Source of the DNA: an uncultured Verrucomicrobiales bacterium | Lineage (GTDB): Bacteria; Verrucomicrobiota; Verrucomicrobiia; Verrucomicrobiales; DEV007 | NCBI GenBank assembly: GCA_938091905.1 | Contig: CALKOM010000053.1 | Span: 1 to 64,000 of the forward strand | Length of the DNA: 64,000 nucleotides | Direction: 5' to 3' | Part shown: piece by piece, positions 56,210 through 64,000 of the stretch | Layout: every line of letters starts with the position of its first letter | How positions within the stretch are numbered: position 1 is the first letter of the stretch | The notes under the pieces: model-generated | Seen by the model: only the letters and a program-made list of their open reading frames with translations | Told to the model about the DNA's origin: nothing | The model's database searches: none | Made by a program: the position numbers and the translations under genes

Positions 56210-57718
56210 GTGAAGAATCCGCGCATCCTCATCGTTACGCCTGAGATTACCTACCTGCCAGCCGGAATGGGGAATTTGGCTCAGCGCATGACGGCCAAAG
56301 CGGGAGGCTTGGCGGACGTCTCTGCTTCCCTAGTGGCAGCGCTCTTTGACCTTGGTGCGGATGTGCATGTGGCCCTACCTAACTACCGGCAGATGTTCAA
56401 CATGGATGTCTTCAACCTGGTCAACAAGGAGCTACGTCTCTACCACGGGAAGCTGCCTGCCGATCGTATCCACCTCGCTGAAGACCGGATCTTCTATTAT
56501 CGGGATAAAGTCTACAGCTCCTATGAGGAAGACAACACGCGCATTGCCCTAATATTCCAGCGGGAAATCATCAATAACATCATCCACCATGTGCAGCCCG
56601 ATCTCATCCACTGCAATGACTGGATGACAGGATTGATTCCGGCGATGGCGCGTCGATTGGGAATTCCGTGTCTCTTTACGATTCACAACATTCACTCGGA
56701 GCACGTCACTCTGGCGCAAGCCGAAGAGACTGGAATTGATGCGGCCGAGTTCTGGGAGGGCTTGTATTATGATGAGCCTCCAGGCTCCTATGAGCATGCG
56801 CGGACGAAAGTGCCCGTAGATCTGCTTACAAGCGCAATCTTTGCCTCGCATTATATCAATTCTGTCAGTCCTAGCTTCCTTCATGAAGTCGCTGAGGGCC
56901 GCCATGGCTTCGTGCCGCCCCCGGTGCAGCGTGAGATGGCGAACAAGCTGCATGCGGGATGTGCCCTGGGTATCCTCAATGCTCCTGACGAAACCTACGA
57001 TGCGGCCAAGGACCAGGCGCTCGTGGAGAACTACACTGCCCAGACGCATGTGGCAGGCAAGCGAGCTAATAAAATTGAATTCCAGAAACTGTTGGGATTG
57101 GAGTCAAACCCCGATGCTCCACTGTTCTTCTGGCCGTCTCGTCTTGACCCGATGCAGAAGGGCTGTGAATTGCTAACGGATATTCTATTTCAGCTGGTTG
57201 ACGACTATGGGAGCGAGCATTTGCAGGTTGCTGTGGTTGCCAATGGTCAACATCAGGTTCATTTCCACGAGGTCGTCGGCATGCATCATTTGGAAGGGCA
57301 GGTGTCCCTTGTAGACTTCGATGAGCAACTCTCACGTATGGGTCATGCCGCTTCTGATTTTATGTTGATGCCGTCTCGTTTCGAACCGTGCGGTTTACCA
57401 CAAATGGTCAGTGCCCTCTACGGGACGCTTCCCATCGTTCATGCTACGGGTGGTCTTCGGGACACCATTTCGCCGATCGATGTGGATGCCAACACGGGAA
57501 ATGGTTTTGCCTTCGATGTCTACGATCAAGAGGGCTTCCGTTGGGCGATCGACCAAGCTATGCGCTTCTACCGTCGTCCAGCCAACGAACGTGCAGTGCA
57601 GATCACACGCGTCATGGAAGATGCCAAGGAGCACTTTAATCACGAAGCGACAGCTAAAGCCTACTTTGAAATCTATGAGAAGATGCTGCAGCGACCTCTC
57701 ACAAGTAAAGGGGCTTAA
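56210..57718 (+). CDS. glgA: Glycogen synthase (GT5)
   Basis: KAGGLADV, IHCNDW, FTIHN, QKG, MPSRFEPCGL.Q and TGGL.DT motifs. Confidence 0.93.
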   Translation: MKNPRILIVTPEITYLPAGMGNLAQRMTAKAGGLADVSASLVAALFDLGADVHVALPNYRQMFNMDVFNLVNKELRLYHGKLPADRIHLAEDRIFYYRDKVYSSYEEDNTRIALIFQREIINNIIHHVQPDLIHCNDWMTGLIPAMARRLGIPCLFTIHNIHSEHVTLAQAEETGIDAAEFWEGLYYDEPPGSYEHARTKVPVDLLTSAIFASHYINSVSPSFLHEVAEGRHGFVPPPVQREMANKLHAGCALGILNAPDETYDAAKDQALVENYTAQTHVAGKRANKIEFQKLLGLESNPDAPLFFWPSRLDPMQKGCELLTDILFQLVDDYGSEHLQVAVVANGQHQVHFHEVVGMHHLEGQVSLVDFDEQLSRMGHAASDFMLMPSRFEPCGLPQMVSALYGTLPIVHATGGLRDTISPIDVDANTGNGFAFDVYDQEGFRWAIDQAMRFYRRPANERAVQITRVMEDAKEHFNHEATAKAYFEIYEKMLQRPLTSKGA

Positions 57719-57729
57719 GCAAAGATTAG

Positions 57730-58746
57730 TTAGACTTTGGAGTGAATTTGAACTTCCTCGATGCCAGTTGCCCTCTGGGTAAGGATGCGTGCACTGGCTT
57801 GAGGATAGAATTTAGAGAGTAGCGTGCTTGAGCTGCCCGTGGGCAGGACGCTTAATGCGGATGCTAGGGCATCTGCCATCATGCCCGAAGGTGCCGTTAC
57901 AGAAACCGTACGGCGAAACTCCAAGCCTAGACCAGTGCGTGGATCGATGAGATGGCTAAACTCGCGGTTACCGATCTTGAGTGACTGATAGAGGTCTCCT
58001 GAGGTCGCGACAGCAATGTCTGTGACAAAGCGTGATCTTGCCGCTTCGCGAGTATCAAGTTCTTGAGCAGCAATGCGCCAGCCATCACTACTTGGTGGAT
58101 GTCCGGCCGCGCGAAGATCTCCTCCACCATTGACGAGTGCTATAGTGATTCCAAGTTGCTTGAGCGTTGCCAGGGCTTCGTCGACGGCATAGCCCTTGGC
58201 GATCCCACCAAGGTCTAGCCGCATGCTTGGTCGTTTCAGTCGCGCGCGTTTGTTGCGGCTATCTAAAATCAGATTAGAATGGCCAGTGGCGTCTAGCGCT
58301 TGCCTTAGGCGGTTCTTTGTCGGTAGTTTGTTGTGGCGTCGGGAATGGCGCCATAAACGTGTTAGTGGCCCCACGGTCATGTCAAAAGCACCATCGGTCT
58401 GCTGGGATAACCGTTGCCCGAAACTGAGGACGGCTTCAAGATCTGGATGAAGGAGTTTCCAGTGACTTCTTCCGGAGGAAGCTGATAGACGTGAAACCTC
58501 GCTACTGGTCACGTAGTCACTTAGCGATGCATTGAGAGAATTGAGGCGAGTCGCGACCGTATCTAGAGCTTCCTTTGCTTGGGCTTCGCTGTGTGCATAA
58601 AGAATCGTATGGAACTTCGTCCCCATCGTCGAATGGACTCCTTCAAAGCGTGTGGTGGAATCCGCTTCGTTTCCAGAAACTCGTGAGGCAATCAGCGAGA
58701 TTCCACTGAGACAGACGAATTGTCTACGGTTCAGAGGGTGTCTCAT
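57730..58746 (-). CDS. apbE: FAD:protein FMN transferase, Tat signal
   Basis: MGT, GAFD.TVGPL, LDLGGIAKGYAVD, ATSGD and HLIDPRTG motifs. Confidence 0.95.
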   Translation of the reverse strand: MRHPLNRRQFVCLSGISLIASRVSGNEADSTTRFEGVHSTMGTKFHTILYAHSEAQAKEALDTVATRLNSLNASLSDYVTSSEVSRLSASSGRSHWKLLHPDLEAVLSFGQRLSQQTDGAFDMTVGPLTRLWRHSRRHNKLPTKNRLRQALDATGHSNLILDSRNKRARLKRPSMRLDLGGIAKGYAVDEALATLKQLGITIALVNGGGDLRAAGHPPSSDGWRIAAQELDTREAARSRFVTDIAVATSGDLYQSLKIGNREFSHLIDPRTGLGLEFRRTVSVTAPSGMMADALASALSVLPTGSSSTLLSKFYPQASARILTQRATGIEEVQIHSKV

Positions 58747-59947
58747 TCAATGTGAAAGTGCCAGACATTTGCGTTCCAGGAGGCGACGCCTTTGGCAAGA
58801 TGGCAGAGAAGGTTCCCGTGGATGCCGAAGCAAAGTTCAGAATGAATTGCACCAGACTAAAGGTGTTCGCTAGCGAAGAGGGAAGGACCACTGTTGCTCG
58901 CGTGGGACTGTTCAGCGTGTAACTATAGTTCGTGACATCGCCCATCGTACCATTCTTCAACGTGACCCGTGCGAAACGATCATCTCTAATGGCGTAATTT
59001 ATCCAAGTTTGCTGAGGAAAACCTCCGAAACGGGTAATTGCCGCATCTAGAGTCCTTCCACCAAGCGTCGTTGGAGGAAAGATCACGACCGGATACTTGA
59101 CTTGGGTCAGGCGAAAGAAGCCTCGGTCGTCTGCCTTGATAATAATCGTGAGATCGAATGGCGATCGTGGTGTCGTTTCGGTAACGAAAGCCACTCGCTC
59201 GCTAGTCCACTGTTGGAGATCTCGGGAGATGAATAGCTGATAGTCAGTACGTTCTTCGTAATCGATGTCTAACTGAAAATTATCGCCCCTCTTCACGATT
59301 CTCGGCGTGATCTGTGAAGCAATTGGCAGTCCGGTAAAATCTGGTTGGAAAGCAAGTGCGTCCTCTCCCACGCGATCGATCGCAATCGATTCAATGGTGA
59401 TTGGAGCTAATGGGCGATCTGCCTGATCGGTAATTACACCCGATATGCTTGTCGCAACCTCGTCGCCGTCCACCAATCCGCCAAAGATTGTATGAACATT
59501 GTTGAGTTCAGGAGTTGGCGTTACTGTTATGAGGAACTGGCTGCCATTGCTGTTCGGGCCACTGTTAGCCATGGCGAGGACGAATGGGCCGTCGAACGTT
59601 CGCGAAGGATGAAATTCATCCTGAAAGCTATAGCCGGGCCCGTCCAAGCCCATGCCAGTGGGTGACCCTGCCTGAATCACTGTATTCTGAATCACGCGAT
59701 GAAAGACCGTGCCATCATAGAATCCGCTGTCGATCAGTTGACCTGTTGTTGGATTGATAGCTTTCTGGGAGCCCTCTACCAGGCCAACAAAGTTCGACAC
59801 CGCGAGAGGGGCTTCTTCGGGATACAGTTCGGCCCTTAAATTTCCAGATGACGTGACGATGTCCACGAACAGTCCATCCTGCCCTGAGGCGCATGACAGA
59901 GCAAAGAGAGTGATGAGAAGGGCGACAATAAAGCAGGGAGGGCGCAT
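58724..59947 (-). CDS. Secreted cyclophilin-type peptidyl-prolyl isomerase with C-terminal extension
   Basis: AP..V.NF..L, FHRVI, GPGY.F.DE, AMANSGPNSNGSQF and HT.FG motifs. Confidence 0.92.
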   Translation of the reverse strand: MRPPCFIVALLITLFALSCASGQDGLFVDIVTSSGNLRAELYPEEAPLAVSNFVGLVEGSQKAINPTTGQLIDSGFYDGTVFHRVIQNTVIQAGSPTGMGLDGPGYSFQDEFHPSRTFDGPFVLAMANSGPNSNGSQFLITVTPTPELNNVHTIFGGLVDGDEVATSISGVITDQADRPLAPITIESIAIDRVGEDALAFQPDFTGLPIASQITPRIVKRGDNFQLDIDYEERTDYQLFISRDLQQWTSERVAFVTETTPRSPFDLTIIIKADDRGFFRLTQVKYPVVIFPPTTLGGRTLDAAITRFGGFPQQTWINYAIRDDRFARVTLKNGTMGDVTNYSYTLNSPTRATVVLPSSLANTFSLVQFILNFASASTGTFSAILPKASPPGTQMSGTFTLNETPSEP

Positions 59948-60079
59948 GCAGAGGGGGTCAGTGTTCCTCCTACAGTGGACCATGGAAATGTAACTCGTGC
60001 AACTGGCCCACCGCGCTCCTTACGGGACTCTCTGACATTCCACGTGGCATTTCTTTCGAGCCTGAATACGGTCCCGCCC

Positions 60080-61393
60080 ATGTCTTCGCGCCTGTTCCTA
60101 CTGATTTCTGTGTTGGCATTTGGTTTGTGGTCCGTGGTTGCGACTGCTCAGGAGGTGACTTCTGAAGAAAAGAAGGCCAGTCCAGACCCAAATGGGATCT
60201 ACTTCCAGCTCGCGATCTACTATGCGCCCAAGCCAAAGATGGACCCGGTGAAAGAGGCCACTCGCCTCTTCGATCAGGACTTCGCCACAAGGCTGACCTA
60301 CCGCGCGGGAGTGGTACGCCTCACCGAAGGGGCTTACGTGGAGTTTCGTGAAGTGGCGCGTGAAGACTATGCGCCCCCCAAGGTCGAGTATTTGAAGCAC
60401 AAAGGCTTCGGTCTCACTCAGGAGCAGAGTATGCAACTCCAAGACTCGTCGACTGTCCTCGTGCTCGACTTCTTCGTCGTGAAGCCCAAGGACTACAATT
60501 ACGTCGTGGCTGCAAACGAATTGGCCTTCGCTGTCGCGGCCGCGACTGAGGGGTTCATCTGGGATGAGGAAACTCGGGAGCTATTCGCGCCCACGTCATG
60601 GCGCAATGTCAGGCTACCGGTGGAGAACTTTGTTTTCGCCAATACCAGCATGCACGCATACCAGCTACCCTCGAAGAACTTTCGGACGGTATCATTCGGC
60701 ATGCGCAAGCTTGGTTCTCCCGATGTGATGATCACGGAGTTTACCTCGGCTTTCTGGGATCCTGTGTCCGAGATGATGCGATTCCTGGTCTACCAGATCG
60801 CAGCGGCGGGACCGCTCAATTCGAAGAGGTCCTGGACCGGGGACGAACTGAAGGTCATTCTCAAACTTACCGCCCCAGCTGAGGAAATCCCTCGTTTGGC
60901 TCTCATTCCTGCGCCTTCTGAGCCTGGAGACCCGAGAAATACAATTCTGACGGTCGATTTCCTAGAATACCCTGGAAAAACCTATGAGGAGAAACAGGCC
61001 TACGCCATTGAGCGGTATTTTCGACCCGATGGAGGGCTGATCAAGGTCTGGCGGGAGCGCGAAAAGCTCATGGCCCTCAGTGATCAGGCAAGAGAGAGTC
61101 TCAAGACTAAGAAGGACCTTTTGACCAAAGGGCTAGAAGAGAATGAGCAGTTGCTCGTGAAAGCATTTCATGAGGACGCCTACCTATGGCTAAGGTTGAA
61201 GGATTGGCGGGGAAATGCCCTCAGCGGAGAGCAGATACCGGACGTAGACACCCATGGGCAGGTTCCGGATCAGCCTGCCAAGCAGATTACCGTCGCCCTG
61301 GATCAAGTCTTTGACTACCTTCATGTGCACTCGGATGGGCGTGAGGAGGGGAATGAGACCGGTAAGCTTATTCGGAGTCTCCAGCCCAAGTAA
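60080..61393 (+). CDS. Secreted protein with C-terminal DUF2314-like domain
   Basis: Signal peptide from ATG 60080; VKA......WL....W.G....G and DY.....G..EGN.T motifs. Confidence 0.65.
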   Translation: MSSRLFLLISVLAFGLWSVVATAQEVTSEEKKASPDPNGIYFQLAIYYAPKPKMDPVKEATRLFDQDFATRLTYRAGVVRLTEGAYVEFREVAREDYAPPKVEYLKHKGFGLTQEQSMQLQDSSTVLVLDFFVVKPKDYNYVVAANELAFAVAAATEGFIWDEETRELFAPTSWRNVRLPVENFVFANTSMHAYQLPSKNFRTVSFGMRKLGSPDVMITEFTSAFWDPVSEMMRFLVYQIAAAGPLNSKRSWTGDELKVILKLTAPAEEIPRLALIPAPSEPGDPRNTILTVDFLEYPGKTYEEKQAYAIERYFRPDGGLIKVWREREKLMALSDQARESLKTKKDLLTKGLEENEQLLVKAFHEDAYLWLRLKDWRGNALSGEQIPDVDTHGQVPDQPAKQITVALDQVFDYLHVHSDGREEGNETGKLIRSLQPK

Positions 61394-61756
61394 ATTGGGG
61401 TGATGCTGCCGACTATTTATTATGATTTCTGTAAGATTCTCAAATCTGAAAGGTTTAGCTGCCGAAAGAGGTTTCCAAAGTGGTTATTTGGGATCTCCTA
61501 AGAACCTTGACTTCAACGCCTTCCGGAAATGGAGGATTCACGGTTTTCTTCGAAGCACCGCAGATTTAAGGGCCTTAAAGGGCTTGACTGAGTATCGCCC
61601 CTGCTTTACCACGTCGTTGAGGTTGCTCTTCTAAAGGGTGGCTTCATCGGGCCGTAGTGTTCTGGAATCTTCTGGAACGCTCTGGTTCACTTGCAATCAC
61701 AACCCAGAAACAGAAATACCTCAACACACCAACCAACCCTTAAGATTAACCTATCT

Positions 61757-64000
61757 ATGAGTATGACATCGAAAGTTAGTATCCCAGGGAATCGGGAGAG
61801 ACGAGGAGGTCTGAGTCGAGGGGGAAGTTCGTTGAGAGGACTTCTCCTGGTAGCTCTTTCCGGTCTCTTTGCGGCAACCGCCGCCCTTGCGACTCCCACC
61901 CTCACGGCTCCCGCCGGCATCAAGCCAGCTGGAACCCCCAACGCTGATATAGCAACGCTAAACACCCAAAACGTCGAGTTTAAGTGGAACCGCGGTGGTC
62001 TCGGCAATGGGCAGATCAAAGAGTTTAACATCTTCGTAGGTTCCCTGATTGGAGCCTTCGAAATCGTCAGGACTGAGACCCCTATTGCTGCTGTTAACGA
62101 TCAGAATGACTACTCAGTGACGTTACAGGTGCCAGCAAATGGCGGTAAGCGTATCTTTGTGCGCCTCAGCTACACCGAAATTGTCAATGGTGTTGAGGTT
62201 ATCAAAGGTGTTGATTATGTAATCAATGCGGCAATCTCTCCGCTCGTCGATGGTAACGAGCATTTTATCTACTCTCCAGTGCCGGGTTCATCTTTGGATC
62301 TACAGGACGTGGATGGCTGCAAGGCACCACCGATGGTGGAGTTTCAGTGGGCTCTCGCAGCAGCTCGCGTGGCAGCGGATGAAGCCGAGCCTGCTGAGTT
62401 TTGGTTCTATGTCGGTAACGATGGCAACAACAGGGCTTACTTCAACAGCGGCAGGCTTTCATCTGATCAGCGTGCAATCACTGTTGCTAACATTCCCACA
62501 GATGGTTCTTCCGTCAAAGTCACTCTGTGGTGGCGGCTCGGTGCCGATGGTGCCGCTTGGGAGTCCAGCGAATTTTCTTACAATACTCCAAGGCTCCCTG
62601 CGATCACATCGCCGAATCCCGGTAACAGTCTTTCTGGGACGTCGGGTAACCTTGAGCTGAGTCCCAATGGTCTCCCTGTCCGTTATTTTTGGATCTACGC
62701 TGGTCCAACAAGGCAGAGTGTCGATTATCTGAGTGACGGCTTGGAGGTTGACCCTGCACAGCCACAAGACACTGCTCTCGCACCGTTCCAAAACTTCCCT
62801 GACGACGGGTCCACGGTTTATGTGACGCTCTTCTGGCGTCTTGATGGCGACACTGCTCAACAGTGGAAGTGCCGTGAATACACCTACAAGGCATCAGAGG
62901 GCCCAGAGATTACGTCGCCTGCGACAGACACGGTTCTACCTACAGGTTCTCTCGAGGAACCGCTAGACGATACCACCGATAAGGAATTGGTGGAGTGGGA
63001 TGCAAAGGGGACTGTAGCTGCTGGATATCAAGTCGTCCTCAACAGTTCAGGCGATCCAAATGACAATGGAGTATGGCAAAGCGGAACTCTTCCTGGCGAC
63101 GCCACTTCAGTTGAAATTCCCAAGGCTCGTTTCACAACCAATGGCGAGACGATCTACATCGTTCTCAGGTATGCTGTGAATGGTGGTCTTGCGGAGGAAG
63201 TCTTCAATGGATTTAAGGTTGCCTCTTACGCAACGAGGAAGGCTCCATACATGACTGGTCCAGGTGGTTCCACGATTCCCAAGTGTTTCACCTCTGGTCT
63301 TGGAAATGAGGCAACCTTCGAGTGGACTGACGGTAACTTGGCTGATGTTCAGGGATACTGGGTTTACGTCGGTAACCAGATGGGTGACGACTCGTATGCA
63401 AATTCGGGAGCGATCGGCACTGATGTGACGTCCTTGACAATTAAGAAGGGTCTGCCCACTGATGGGTCTGACGTTTGGGTTCGCCTGTGGTATCTAATCG
63501 AAGTCACCGTAACCACAGACAGTGACGCAGATACAAATGTCGATCCTGACAGTGAGACGGGTGGCAGTACGACCGTCACCAGCAGCAACAGATACGCTTC
63601 CCGTGACTTCCTCTTCCAAAATCCGGTTGGACCAGAGATCACCGCTCCTGGCCATGGAGCCACAATTAGCGGCACTGAGAGTGGCATTACCTTTACGACA
63701 AATGGCGTCGCTGTGCGGAATCTCTGGGTAACAGCTTCTTCTGCCGCTCCTGCCGGCGGTGATGCCAAAAATCCTGATCCAGGCGTAGCTGACCTCGATA
63801 GCAGTGGTCTTCTTGCCCCAGATGCGACTGAGTTCAACATTCGTAACCTTCCTGTGGACGGTAGCACCGTCTACATCACCTTCTGGTATCTTCCTGAGAC
63901 GAACCCGAATGTGTCTATGGGATGGAATTTCCGCACCTACGCATTCGTGTCATCCAACGCGACCCCACCGCAGATGTTGACTCCCGATCCAACAGCGGAG
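61757..64000 (+). CDS. Large secreted protein made of tandem ~100-130-aa beta-sandwich repeats (partial; not in ORF track)
   Basis: Hand translation gives 748 codons without a stop. A signal peptide ends ATAALA; six repeats plus the start of a seventh share P.IT.P...W...W.Y.G...SG...(L/I/F)P.DGS.VYV.LW. Confidence 0.9.
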   Translation, partial: MSMTSKVSIPGNRERRGGLSRGGSSLRGLLLVALSGLFAATAALATPTLTAPAGIKPAGTPNADIATLNTQNVEFKWNRGGLGNGQIKEFNIFVGSLIGAFEIVRTETPIAAVNDQNDYSVTLQVPANGGKRIFVRLSYTEIVNGVEVIKGVDYVINAAISPLVDGNEHFIYSPVPGSSLDLQDVDGCKAPPMVEFQWALAAARVAADEAEPAEFWFYVGNDGNNRAYFNSGRLSSDQRAITVANIPTDGSSVKVTLWWRLGADGAAWESSEFSYNTPRLPAITSPNPGNSLSGTSGNLELSPNGLPVRYFWIYAGPTRQSVDYLSDGLEVDPAQPQDTALAPFQNFPDDGSTVYVTLFWRLDGDTAQQWKCREYTYKASEGPEITSPATDTVLPTGSLEEPLDDTTDKELVEWDAKGTVAAGYQVVLNSSGDPNDNGVWQSGTLPGDATSVEIPKARFTTNGETIYIVLRYAVNGGLAEEVFNGFKVASYATRKAPYMTGPGGSTIPKCFTSGLGNEATFEWTDGNLADVQGYWVYVGNQMGDDSYANSGAIGTDVTSLTIKKGLPTDGSDVWVRLWYLIEVTVTTDSDADTNVDPDSETGGSTTVTSSNRYASRDFLFQNPVGPEITAPGHGATISGTESGITFTTNGVAVRNLWVTASSAAPAGGDAKNPDPGVADLDSSGLLAPDATEFNIRNLPVDGSTVYITFWYLPETNPNVSMGWNFRTYAFVSSNATPPQMLTPDPTAE

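Overview
A 64-kb bacterial chromosomal segment, most likely from a Verrucomicrobiota (PVC) organism. This assignment is inferred from a PVC-type heme-binding dehydrogenase, a DUF1800/DUF1501 pair, SHD1-like proteins, a sulfatase and the general lack of Shine-Dalgarno motifs. It is mostly core or semi-core DNA: trmD, ferritin, dGTPase, cutC, rnpB, a dksA-like gene, lpxD-skp-bamA, rlmH, ROK kinase, Ppx-like, msrA, GH20, glgA, apbE and a cyclophilin. It also holds the right end of an IS3-family element at the left edge, a small decaying island (~13.7-16.6 kb), two eroded gene remnants, and a large tandem-repeat secreted protein that runs off the right edge and is absent from the ORF track. I found no CRISPR array, rRNA, tRNA, prophage or recognisable defence system. 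Main leads: (i) about ten genes look leaderless (TTGnnn-N16-18-[-10]-N6-7-start), leadered genes carry C/A-rich CCAAACC-like motifs, and two intergenic candidate small RNAs expose G-tracts complementary to those leaders; (ii) a BlaI/M56 pair whose sensor ends in the same small beta domain seen on several secreted proteins; (iii) a DksA-like protein with 24 histone-H1-like heptads and only two zinc-finger Cys; (iv) an orphan KS/chain-length-factor pair coupled to trmD; (v) several apparently dead enzymes (pseudokinase, SHD1-zincin, SHD1-thioredoxin, Ppx). All functional calls come from motif recognition by eye; no database search was run.
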